This document shows, in pieces, positions 52,507 through 64,000 of a stretch of 64,000 nucleotides of DNA. The position numbers and the translations under genes were made by a program. The notes under the pieces were generated by a model. It had not been told where the DNA came from. It did no database searches and worked only from the letters and a program-made list of their open reading frames with translations. The stretch comes from Mobula hypostoma (taxonomy: Eukaryota): positions 10,294,001 to 10,358,000 of the forward strand of contig NC_086101.1 in assembly GCF_963921235.1 (NCBI RefSeq), given 5' to 3'. Every line of letters begins with the position of its first letter. Positions within the stretch are counted from its first letter, which is position 1.

Positions 52507-53195
52507 CAGTGGTCCCCAACCACCAGGCCGCAAAGCATGTGCTACCGGGCTGCGAAGAAACGATATGAGTCAGCTGCACCTTTCCTCATTCCCTGTCATG
52601 CCCACTGTTGAACTTGAACTCACGCGAGGTCATTACCCACGCGTCATCCATGTCAGCGTGGAATTAAGTCTCGAGCTTGCAAATGATGGCGGGCTGAAAG
52701 GTATGTTTGACATAACATCTCTGCTAGCATTCTGGATCAAAGTCAAGGCTAAATATCCTCAGATAGCCAGGAAAGCACTGAAAACGTTGCTTCCATTTCC
52801 AACATATCTCTGCAAAGCAGGGTGTTCTGCAGTGAATGCAATGAAAACTAAGTTGCGGAATAGACTGGATAGAAGGAACTCCCTTCGAGTATCGCTGTCT
52901 CCCATCACCCCTCGATGGCACCATCTTGTTGCAGGGAAACAAGCCCAGGGCTCCCACTGATTCAGCGATATTGGTGTGTTGCAATGATTTTATATGTTCA
53001 TATGGGGAAAATATGTGCTGTGTGTTTAATATCCAAAGGTTATTTAAAATGTTATGATGCTAGTGACTTACGAGTGACTTATAATTGACTTATCACTATA
53101 TTCATGCGAGGAAAATATGTGCTGTGTGTTTAATATTAAATTCGTTAGATAAACCCTTTTAGAAACGAAATTGAGTGTATTAGCCACTTATAAGT
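52507..53195 (+). mobile_element. hAT (Charlie/Buster-like) non-autonomous fragment
   Basis: Terminus CAGTGGTCCCCAAC. ORF 52565-52960 has a hAT dimerisation-domain remnant (FWIKVKAKYPQIARKALKTLLPFPTYLC...KTKLRNRLD). The second terminus was not found. Confidence 0.85.
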
Positions 53196-53269
53196 GACTA
53201 CCGCGTGTCTGCTGCGGCTCCCGATGGCGGTTCGAGTCCCGCGTGTGCTGGCCGCCACTATATATATAT

Positions 53270-53650
53270 ATTTTTTTCTCTCTCCTTTTTCTCCCGCTGT
53301 CCCTCTCACTATGCTCCTTGCCCATTGTCTGGGCTTCCCCCCTCCCCCTTTCTTTCTCCCTAGGCCTCCTGTCCTATGATCCTCTCGTATCCCTTTTGCC
53401 AATCAACTGTCCAGCTCTTAGTTCCATCTCTCCCCCTCCTGTCTTCTCCTATCATTTCGGATCACCCCCCTCCCCCTCCCACTTTCAAATCTCTTACTAG
53501 CTCTTCTTTCAGTTAGTCCTGACGAAGGGTCTCGGCCCGAAACGTCGACTGTACCTCTTCCTAGAGATGCTGCCTGGCCTGCTGCGTTCACCAGCAACTT
53601 TGATGTGTGTTGCTTGAAATTCCAGCATCTCCAGATTTCCTCGTGTTTGC
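53270..53650 (+). mobile_element. Penelope-like terminal repeat with minimal hammerhead ribozyme
   Basis: Pyrimidine tract followed by AGTC-CTGACGA-A-GGG tctcgg CCC-GAAAC-GTC-GACT (53515-53550). Confidence 0.8.
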
Positions 53651-53979
53651 GTAATGTTGATATGCTCCTGGATTTCATTATTTTCTTCCCTGACTTCACC
53701 AGCTTTCATGTCTTTATACTTCCTTGAATCTTTGCCCATTTCCCATAGCTCCACACAGAAACCTCATTGATCCTAAAGGGGATCTGCTCTTCCCCCAGCT
53801 ACTCCTCTGCTATTAGGCTGGGTTATGATACTTTTCTTCACTGTACAAGAAATGAAACTTCTGTTAATGATGCATTCATTTTTTGAAAAAAACAAATAAG
53901 ATTGTTTGGAAACATATCTTATTTCCCACTCCCTCTCTATCTATATCTTCTATTCTCTCATGCCTTGACTTATTCATAA

Positions 53980-55505
53980 ATTGAGTTGAATTGACTTTAT
54001 TACTTACATCTTTCATGTACATGAAGAGTAAAAATATTTATGTTATATCTGTCTGTGTGCAATTATAGTAATTTAAAATAAATATTATGTACAACAGAAT
54101 AGTCAATATAATATAGAAATGCAATTGTGTCTGCATGAATTAATCAGTCTGATGGCCTGGTGGAAGAAGCTGTCCCGGAGCCTGTTGGTCCTGGCTTTTA
54201 TGCTGCGGTACCGTTTCTCAGATGGTAACAGCTGTAACAGTTTGAGGTTGGGGTGACTCAGGTCCCCAATGATCTTTTGGGGCCCTTTTTACACACCCGT
54301 CTTTGTAAAAGTCCTGAATAGTGGGAAGTTCACATCTAGAGGTGTGCTGGGCTGCCTGCACCACTCTCTGCAGAGTCCTGTGATTGAGGTGTTGGCCGGA
54401 AAGAATGACAGTTTACAAATCAGTGAATTCAAATGGATCAAGGTCAGTGGAAGCAGACGGACTCATTGTCTTTGTTCTTGCCATGTGCTTGGGGATGGAG
54501 GCTGCCATTTTGTGAAGACACTCTGTTCTCCATTTTGTGAGCTTGACATGCTGGGCTTCATCAATGGTTTAAAGAAGATACATTGATACTTCAGGTAATC
54601 TGCGGGATTGGAGATCATTTCCAAATTAGAAGTTATTTGTGAGATGTTCTTTGGTTGGATATGATATGCAGGTTTGTGAATGTTGGGGTTGGTGCCTGCA
54701 TGGAGTGATTCGAGCTCATTGCTGATTGAGAACAAAGAGCCATAAATTATCAACTGTCACTTGATGGGAAGAGGGCAATAAATGGAGGCTGGCCTGGAGA
54801 AGAGCCAACAACGAGGTGTTAAAGGGCAGACACATGACCTGTGGCCAATGACACTGGAATGCGATATTTGAATTGATAAAGAATCAATATAAAAGTAGAT
54901 GCTTCGTGTGTGCTGGCAGCATTAACCTGGAATAACCATCACAGATACAAGTGTGAGCAACCCTGCGTGGAACATGTGGCGAGTGAATCGGGACTACGAG
55001 GAATGCCTGGCCAGTGTAGGCTCCTTTGCCCAGGGAATACCTTTGCTATTCTTTCTCTATTCAAGAGAGTCAGGGATACCTACTGAGTGTGCACACAAGA
55101 TATTTAGTGTATAAATTCACATACTTCTTAGTTTAAACAATAAAGGTATTTGTCAGTAAATACAGATCTCTCTGTGCCTCACTAATTCTTGTTGTAAGAG
55201 GTAATTTTTACACAGAGAGAAGTGTAGTTCCCATACCAGGCAGTGATGCAGCCAGTCAGGATGCTCTCAACTGTGCCCCTATAGAAAGTTCTTAGAATTT
55301 GGGGGACAATACCAAACTTCCTCAACCGTCTGAGGTGAAGAGGCACTGTTGTGCCTTTTTCACCACACAGACGGCATGTACAGACCGTGTGAGATCCTCA
55401 GTGATGTTTACGCCAAGGAACTTAAAGCTGTTCAGCCGCTCAGCCCAGATCCATTGATGTCAATAGGGGCTAGCCAGTCTCCATTCCTCCTGTAGTCCAC
55501 AACTG
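53980..55505 (-). mobile_element. Rex1/Babar 3' fragment split by a probable solo LTR
   Basis: Same tail and body as 15395-15880. Interrupted at 54390-55214. Confidence 0.78.
54390..55214 (+). mobile_element. Possible solo LTR
   Basis: TG...CA ends, TATAAAA near 54889, AATAAA near 55139, and an imperfect gagg/gaga flank. Confidence 0.55.
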
Positions 55506-55694
55506 ATTACTGATTACTGATTTGGTTACTGATGCCAAATATGAGATTCTCACAGTTTGAAACTTAAGAATTGGTAAAAACATGAATTGGAAAACAGGAT
55601 GGGAATGAGTGGAGTGTTATTCTCTTGATTCTGGAGTGAGGTTTAAAAGTGAAAATAGAATAAAAACATAAATATCACAATAAATATATTCTTC

Positions 55695-55968
55695 TCAGGC
55701 GAGAATCGAGGCGAGAAGACTGCAACTAGCGGGGCACTGTCTACGCCACCCCGAGCTACCTGCCAGCCTAGTCATCATATGGGAGCCCAAGCACGGGAGG
55801 ATGAACCCTGGGCGCCCTTCCAAGACTATGGTTAACATGCTCCTAGAAGACTGCAGCGCAGCTATTGTAGATGAACTGAACACACTGATGAGGGAGAGGG
55901 AGAAGTGGAGAGTCCGTCATCATGCCCGACGCTGGCCCCCTAGGCCTGAGCCGACGTACTAGTAGTAG
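55695..55968 (+). mobile_element. RTE-clade LINE 3' end (second family)
   Basis: RIEARRLQLAGHCLRHPELPASLVIIWEPKHG...GRP, with an (agt)n tail. Confidence 0.8.
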
Positions 55969-57004
55969 CACGCTTCCAACCGTGTACAGATATCAATTTT
56001 AACTGACTTTTCGATGACAAACTCTGCCATCTTAATCAGGGATGATACGTAGGCATGTCCAGTCGGTGGTGTGCCAGAGTTTGTCATCAAAGTGGTGGTT
56101 AAAATTGATAGCTGTACCGGCTGGAAGTCTGAGAAGAGTATATTCATCATATATGCTGGGAGAGTAATAGATCCTTTCATAACTAGTATATTTCATTTAC
56201 TAAGATCAACAAAATGGAACAGGATGGAAGCAGACCAGTTGGTCCACAAAATTTGTGTCAACGCCAAACACCCTCTGACATTGATCCTTCCCTAATTCAT
56301 TTTATTCTCTCCACATTCACATCAACTCCCCAAATGTTCCTCTGGTCATTACAGTATTTACAGCAACCAATTAGCCTACCAATCTAAGAGTTTATGGGAT
56401 GCATGAGGAAACTAAGCATGCAGGGCAATCCTGCACAGTCACAGAGAAAACGTGTAAATTCCACAAACAGGACCTGAGGTCAGGATTACAAATTGGTCAT
56501 TTGAACTCTGAACCAATAATACTATATGAACCACTGTGTTGCTTTTGGTTTGACGTACATGAGTAATATCCCCAGATGTAACTAATTAAACTCCTGGATT
56601 TCCTTTGATCAACTGACAGTGTCCTAATGAAAGCAGCTCTGCTGTTAGCATCTGTGTTTCTTCATCAGGCCACGGCTTCCCTCACAATCCTTCTCATGTT
56701 AACTCTGTACTTCCTGCAACACAAAGTTTGTCATGAACAACATATGCAACAAGATTTCTCACAAAGGTCCAGCAAGTGATCAAGCAACTTCAGGCACTGA
56801 GAGACTGGCTACAAACAGTGGCAGAGTACAATCAAGACTTTCACTGTCAGAAAGTTACTCTTAATATATTTTATGTTATTTCTTGTCTTCCATAAAATAT
56901 ACACAAGGAGAAATTTTCCCAAAATTTAAACAAATGACCGTTCTGATTAATGTAAGAAGAGTTAAATGTACTCTGGGCTTTGAATACAAGGCAAAAAATA
57001 AAGG

Positions 57005-58564
57005 GTAAAATTGTGGTCCTGATGGGATGCATCGCAGGGTGCTGAGGGAATTTGCGGAGGTTATAGTAGACGCATTGGTAATCATTTACCAAAATTCTCT
57101 GGACTCTGGACAGGTCCCAGCAGACTGGAAGACAGCAAATATCACACCACTTTTTAAAAAAGGATGTAGGCAGAAGATTAGGACAGTTAGCTTAATATCT
57201 GTAGTTGGGAAAATGCTTAAGGAAGAAATAACGAAACATTTAGAAAGGAGTGGTTCAATTAGACAGACGCAGCATGGATTCAGAAAGGGCAGGTCCTGTT
57301 TGACAAACTTACTGGAGTTCTTTGAGGACATAATGAGTGCAGTGGATCAAGAGGAACAGGTGGATGTCGTATACTTAGATTTCCAGAAGGCATTCGATAA
57401 GGTGCTGCACAAGAGTCTTTTAAATAAGATACAGATGCATGGAGTCGGAGGAAGTGTATTGGCATGGATAGTGGATTGGTTAACCAATAGAAGGCAGAGA
57501 TAGTATAAATGGGTATTTCTCCAGTCGGAAGTCAGTGGTGAGTGGGGTGCCGCAGGGGTCGGTGCTGGGCCCATAGCTGATACCATTTACATCAATGATT
57601 TGGAAGAGGGGACTGAGTATAGCGTAGCAAAATTTGCTGATGACTCTAAACATCATCTATGTCCCTCTACAGATGATGTGGAGAGTCTGCAGAGGGATAC
57701 AGATAGGGTAAGTGAGTGGGCCAAGGTCTGGCAGATGGAATACAATGTTGGTAAATGCGAGATCATCCACTTTGGAAAGAATAATAGAAGAGCAGATTAT
57801 AATTTAAATGATGAAAGATTGCAGCATGCTGTTGTGCAGAGGGACTTGGGAGTGCCTGTGCATGAATCGCAAAAAGTTGGCTTGCCGATACAACAGGTTA
57901 TTAAGAAGGCAAACAGAATGTTGGTCTTCATTGCTAGAGGGATTGAATTCAAGAGCAGGGAGGTCACGCTACAAATATACAGGATAGTGGTGAGGCCGCA
58001 CCTGGAGTACTGTGTGCAGTTCTGGTCTCCATAATTAAGGAAAGATATACTGGCTTTGGAAGCAGTGCAGAGGAGGTTCTCCAGGATGATTCCAGAGATG
58101 AAGGGGTTAACCTCTGAGGAGAGTTTGAGTCGCCTGGGATTATACTCTCTGAAATTCAGAAGAATGAGAGGGGATCTTATAGAGCACATACAAAATTTTG
58201 AAAGGGATAGATAAGATAGAAGTAGGAAAGTTATTTCCATTGATAGGTGAGACTAGAAATAGGGGACATTGCTGCAAGATGCAGGGCAGAAGATTTCGGA
58301 CGGAGATGAGGAGAAACTGTTTTTCCCAGAGAGTGGTGAATCTGTGGAATTCTCTGACCAGGGAAGCAGTTGAGGCTTCTTTACTAAGTATATTTAAGAT
58401 ACAATTAGATAGGTTTTTACATTGTAGGGGAATTAAGGTTATGGGGAAAAGGCAGGTAGATGGAGCTGAGTTTACGGACCAATCAGCCATGATCTTATTG
58501 AATGGCGGGGCAAGCTCGATATGTCGGATGCCCTACTCCTGCTCCTATTTCTTATGTTCTTATG
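57005..58564 (+). mobile_element. CR1 LINE, 5'-truncated
   Basis: ORFs 57027-57503, 57600-58034 and 58198-58638, with a (ttcttatg)n tail. Confidence 0.92.
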
Positions 58565-58787
58565 AAACAAAAGAGAACTTTGACAAAATTGTCCTGTTCA
58601 ACAATTCACTTGTTCAGAAATGGAAAATTATATTTTAGTAAAATATATTGTGGTGCATACCGAACTTCTGAAGAATTCAGCAAGCCAGGTAGCATTTGCT
58701 AAAAACATCAGTGTGAGAGGGACAATAGGCAGGTGATAGAGAAGGGACGTGCTCAGACCAAAGGTTTGACATGTGTCTTTTTTATAT

Positions 58788-61700
58788 TGTAGCGATGTGC
58801 TACACACAGAGCTAGAAATAATGACACGCAGTCTGTAGGATGCACTGGAGACTCGTTTATTCAAACTTTGTGGCACTGGCTTTTACGCAGTTCTGTTCCC
58901 ACCCTCTCTGGGCGGAAATGATGCCGGGGTGCAGTACAAAAGTCTCTTCCCGCGTGCGGGCTTTCTCCCCTTGCTGGTGAAGAAGGCGGCCCAACGCCAT
59001 TTTGGGGCTGGTCTCTCTGCCGATGTGCGCCATTTTGTGAGCCGGTTCGTCTGTGTAGAAAGTGGGTCACCACATAACCGCCCCCCCCCCCAAGAACCGG
59101 CGATACACCCCCAATGTCCACAGTCTGGATCAGTCGTTATTTGGGCGGTCTGCCTCTGCACCGCGGTGCCCGAACCTCGACCGGCTGCGCCAAGATCACA
59201 TGGGCCGGTTTGAATCGGTCCACCATGAAAACCTCCTCTCTCCCCCCAGCGTCCAGAACGTACGTGGACCCGTCGTTCCTGAACGGCCCCTCGTACAAAT
59301 AAAAACTTACAGTTCTGCAGTTCCTAGGGTATGCAGGTTGGGATCTGTCCGTGCTGTGAAGTCGGTACGGGGGCCAGGTTGCCGAGCCTTTCGCGTAGTC
59401 TGTCCAGGACTGCTGCGGGTTCTTCCTCTTGCCCCCTCGAGGCTGGTATGAACTCTCCTGGGACGACCAGGGGTGCGCCGTACTCCAACTCGGCCGACCA
59501 GGTATGCAGATCCTCTTTGGGCACCATGCAGATTCCGAGCAGGACCCAGGGAAGCTCGTCCACCCAGTTAGGCCCCTCCAGGCGGGCCGTGAGAGCAGAC
59601 TTCAGGTGACGGTGGAAACGCTCCACTAGTCCATTCGACTGTGGGTGATGGACAGTTGTGTGGTGTAGCTGCGATCCTAAAAGGCTGGCCATAGCCGACC
59701 ACAGGCTGGAGGTGAACTGGGCTCCTCTGTCGGAGGTAATGTGGGCCGGTACCCCGAAGCGGGCTCCCCAGGTTGCGATCAGTTCTCAGGCGCAGGATTC
59801 GGAGGAGGTGTCGGTGAGCGGGATTGCCTCTGGCCATCTGGTGAACCGGTCTATCATAGGAGGTACCGCGCTCCTTGCGACACTGGCAGGGGCCCCACGA
59901 TATCCACATGAATGTGATCGAACCTCCGGCGGGTGGGTTCGAACCGCTGCGGCGGAGCCTTGGTGTGCCGCTGCACCTTGGCCGTTTGGCACTGCAGACA
60001 CGTTTTGGCCCATTCACTGACCTGTTTACGATGCCCATGCCACACGAACCTGTTGGAGACCAGCTGGACGGTTGACCTGATGGAGGGGTGCGCTAAGTTG
60101 TGAATGGACTTGAAAACCCGCCGGCGCCAGGCTGCCGGGACGACGGGGCGGAGTTGGCCGGTAGCGACGTCACATAGTAGGGTCCTCTCATCTGGGCCTA
60201 CGGGGAGGTCTTGGAGCTGTAAACCGGAGACTGCAGTCCTGTAACTGGGGATCTCAGTGTCTGCCTGCTGTGCCTCTGCCAGCGCTGCATAGTCCACCCC
60301 CTGGGACAGGGCCTGTATGGTCGGTCTGGATAGTGCGTCCGCCACGACGTTGTCCTTTCCCGAGACATGCCGGATGTCCGTCGTGTACTCGGAGATGTAG
60401 GACAGATGTCGCTGCTGGTGGGATGACCAGGGGTCGGACACCTTAGTGAACGCAAAGGTAAGCGGTTTATAGTCCGTGAATGAGGTGAATGGCCTACCTT
60501 CTGAGTATCTGAAATGCCGGATTGCCAGATATAGTGCCAACAGCTCCCGGTCGAAGGCACTGTACTTGAGTTCAGGTGGCCGTAGGTGTTTGCTGAAGAA
60601 TGCCAGGGGTTGCCAGCGCCCCTTGATGAGTTGCTCCAGCACCCCACCGACTGCTGGGTTGGATGCATCCACTGTGAGGGCGGTTGGAACGTCCGTTCTG
60701 GGATGCACCAGCATCGCGGCATCTGCCAAGGCTTTCTTGGCTTTAACGAAAGCGGCCGCAGCCTCTTCATCCTAAGTAATATCCTTGCCTTTATCTGACA
60801 TCAGGATGAACAAAGGGCGTATGATACGGGCTGCTGAGGGGAGGAAGCGGTGGTAGAAGTTCACCATACCCACGAACTCCTGCAGGCCTTTGACTGTGAT
60901 GGGCCGGGTGAAGTGGCGGATCACGGCTACCTTGGCGGGCAGAGCTGTTGCCCTGTCTTTGGTAATCCTGTGGCCCAGGAAGTCAATGGTGTCCAGTCCG
61001 AACTGGCATTTGGCCAGGTTGATCGTGAGGCCGAAATCACTCAGGCGGGAATAGAGCTGGCGGAGGTGGGACAGATGCTCCTGACGACTACTGCTGGCTA
61101 TGAGGATGTTGTCCAAATAGACGAATGCAAAGCCTAGGTCACGTCCCACTGCATCCATTAGCCGCTGGAACGTCTGTGCAGCATTCTTCAGGCCGAACGG
61201 CATTCGAAGGCCGATCGGGGTGATGAGTGCTGTTTTGGGGATGTCTTCAGGGTGTACCGGGATTTGATGGTATCCCCGGACGAGGTCTACTTTGGAAACG
61301 ATGCTTGCCCTGTGCAGGTTTGCTGCAAAGTCCTGTATGTGCTGCATGGGGTAGTGGTCTGGAGTTGCAGCCTCGTTCAGTCTGCGGTAGTCGCCGCATG
61401 GTCTCCAGCCCCCAGCTGCTTTGGGCACCATGTGCAGGGGGGAGGCCCATGGGCTGTCAGACCGCCGTACGATCCCCAATTCCTCCATCCTCTTGAACTC
61501 CTCCTTCGCCAGGCGGAGCTTGTCCAGGGGGAGCCTTCGTGCGCGGACATGGAGGGGTGGTCCCTGGGTCGGAATGTGGTGCTGTACTCCGTGTCTGGGT
61601 ATGGCTGCCATGAACTGCAGTGCCAGAACTGATGGAAAGTCCGCCAGGATTCTGGTGAATTCGTTGTCAGACAGCATGATGGAGTCCAGGTGTGGGGCCG

Positions 61701-63101
61701 GCAACTTGGCTTCACCCAGGGAGAACTTCGGGAAAGTCTTCGCATGGACCAGTCTTTTCCCTTGCAAGTCGACCAGCAGGCTGTGGGCTCGCAAGAAGTC
61801 CGCCCCCAGGAATGGCTGGGCCACGGCGGCCAGTGTGAAGTCCCATGTGAACTGGCTGGCGCCGAACTGTGGCTGTACTGTGTGGGTGCCGTAGGTTCAT
61901 ATTGTGCTGCTGTTTGTGGCCCTCAGGGTGGGTCCTGGCTCTCTGTTGCGGGTGTCGTACCCCGTCGGGGGTAAGACGGTGATTTCCACTCCCGTGTCGA
62001 CCAAGAAGCAGCGTCCCGTCTGTTTGTTCCAGACGTACAAGAGACTGGCCTGGTGGCCAGCCGCCGTAGCCATTAGCGGTGGCTGGCCCTGGTGTTTCTT
62101 GGGAAATTGCAGGGCGGGCGACAACGGCGGGCTTCTGTGCCTCGCCGCTGGTGGTAGAAACACCACTGTTCATTGGCCTCCTCACTCCTGCCTCTGGGTT
62201 GTGTGCGCTCCGTTGCCGGGTCTGGTCCGGCCTGCTGTTGGGTGTGTGGCTTGGTAATCTGTCCGACGGACACCCTGCGCTCTCTCTTGACTTTCCACAG
62301 CACGTCTGCCCGGGCCGCCACCTTCCGGGGGTCACTGAAATCTGCGTCGGCCAGCAGCTGATATATGTCCTCGGGCAGTTGCTCTCAGAACGCCTGCTCA
62401 AACATGAGGCAGGGCTTGTGTCCTTCAGCCAGGGCCAGCATCTCGTTCATTAATGCTGATGGCGGCCTGTCTCCCAAACCGTCCAGGTGCAGCAAACGGG
62501 CACCTCGCTCACGCCGTGAGAGGCCGAAGGACCCTATGAGTAGTGCTTTGAACACTGCATACTTGCCTTCTTCCGGGGGTGATTGGATGAAATCTCCAAG
62601 CTGGGCGGCTGTCTCCTGGTCAAGGGAGCTCACCACGTAATAGTGATGCGTGGAATCAGAAGATATCTGCCGAATCTGGAACTGAGCTTCTGCTTGGTCA
62701 AACCAGACGCGTGGTTGCAGCGTCCAGAAAGTTGACAGTTTTAGCGAAACTGTGTGAACAGATGAAGAGTCGATCATCTTTGGTCCAAATCCCGTTTGGA
62801 CTGTTGGGGTCACCAACGTAGCGATGTGCTACACAGAGCGAGATATAACAACACGCAGTCTGTAAGTCGCACTCGAGACTTCTTTATTCAAACTTCGCGG
62901 CACTGGCTTTTACGCAGTTCTGTTCCCGCCCTCTCCAGGCGGAAATGACATCAGGGGTGCATTACAAAAGTCCCTTCCCGCGCACGGGCTTTCTCCCCTT
63001 GCTGGTGAAGAAGACCCAGCGCCGTTTTGGGGCTGGCTTGTCTGCCGACGCGCGCACCATTTTGTGAACCGGTTCGCCTGCGTAGAAAGTGGGTCGCCAC
63101 A
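58788..63101 (-). mobile_element. Ty3/Gypsy LTR retrotransposon, CsRn1-like, degenerate
   Basis: LTRs at 58788-59074 and 62817-63101, flanks atat/gtat. PBS TGGTGACCCC (tRNA-Trp type) next to 62816; G-rich PPT at about 59078-59095. Order is gag, protease (FLVDTG), RT (DYRRLN, MPFGL, YLDN), RNase H (DAS, TDYKPL), integrase (HHCC, HPQSNGLVERFH). Confidence 0.95.
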
Positions 63102-63104
63102 GTA

Positions 63105-63430
63105 TATATATTCTTTTTATTTTTTATTACAAACAAACAAAAAAAAACAAAAAACCACAAAAACCATGACCTTAACAAAATCAAATTAAATATTGAGCTG
63201 CAAAAGGGAGAAAAATATAAACACAACAGTAAACATACACAGCAGAGGTGCACCGCATCAAAAAACCTCAGTCCTCACCCCGTAAGAAAGTCCCATACAG
63301 GGCCCCATATCCTTTCAAAGATGTCCCCTCTGTCCTCATTACATAGTCTCAGTCTCTCCAAAAGTAAAGTATTTGCCAGTTCTCTCAGCCACATTTCATA
63401 CCATGTGTCTATTTTAACGCAAGGAGTGTT
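63105..63430 (-). mobile_element. L1/Tx1-type 3' end
   Basis: Minus strand reads WLRELANTLLLERLRL...FERIWGP, followed by an A-rich tail. Confidence 0.65.
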
Positions 63431-64000
63431 ATGAACGAAGCGTGGATCAGTACTTGGAGATACGATATGGCCATTACAGAGACTTGGATGGCTCAGGGAC
63501 AGGAATGGTTACTTCAAGTGCTGGGTTTTAGATGTTTCGGAAAGGACAGGGAGGAAGGCAAAAGAGGTGGGGGCGCGGCACTGTTGATCAGAGATAGTGT
63601 CACGGCTGCAGAAAAGGTGACATCATGGAGAGATTGTCTACGGATTCTCTGTGGGTGGATATTAGGAACAGTAAGGGGTCAATAACTTTACTGTGTGTTT
63701 TTTATAGGTCGCCCAACAGTAACAGGGATATCGAGGAGCAGATAGCGAAACAGATCCTGGAAAGGTGTAATAATAACAGAGTTGTCTTGATGAGAGATTT
63801 TAATTTCCCAAATATCAGTTGGCATCTCCCTAGAGCAAGGGGTTTAGATGGGGTGGAGTTTGTTAGGTGTGTTCAGGAAGGTTTCTTGACACATTATGTA
63901 GATAATCCTACAAGAGGAGAGGCTGTACTTGATTTGGTATTGGGAAATTAACCTGGTCAGGTGTCAGATCTCTCAGTGGGAGAGCATTTTGGAGATAGTG
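63431..64000 (+). mobile_element. CR1 endonuclease region (runs off the window)
   Basis: AITETW, GGGAALL, FYRSPN, DFNFPNI, LDLVLGN. Confidence 0.9.

Noticed and set aside
52565..52960. ZBED5/Buster-like ORF as a domesticated gene
   Set aside because: It is only a short dimerisation-domain remnant directly inside a hAT terminus, with no catalytic core.
54463..54753. 96-aa minus-strand ORF
   Set aside because: It lies within a probable LTR and has no recognisable motif.

Overview
Eukaryotic, very repeat-dense vertebrate DNA. The mix of CR1, Rex1/Babar, RTE, L1/Tx1, Penelope and a TRIM-type B30.2 exon suggests a cartilaginous fish such as a ray (inference). Almost all ORFs in the track are broken transposon ORFs or their antisense shadows. 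One host gene can be reconstructed by reading splice sites: the 3' half of a butyrophilin-like receptor on the + strand. It has a transmembrane exon (30348-30467), three phase-1 micro-exons (38433-38465, 39413-39439, 42369-42395) and a terminal B30.2/PRY-SPRY exon (51971-52503), all joining in one open frame. No Ig, RING or B-box exons are visible, so the 5' part lies more than 30 kb upstream. The rest is a deeply nested TE landscape: several CR1 subfamilies (one near full-length with an esterase ORF1), Rex1/Babar, RTE, L1, a Tc1 element carrying four internal insertions, a probable Chapaev3 element, a hAT fragment, V-SINE-like elements, solo LTRs, a CsRn1-type Gypsy provirus, Penelope remnants with hammerhead ribozyme cores, and a local segmental duplication. 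All family assignments are from motif recognition, not database searches, and boundaries of degraded elements are approximate.
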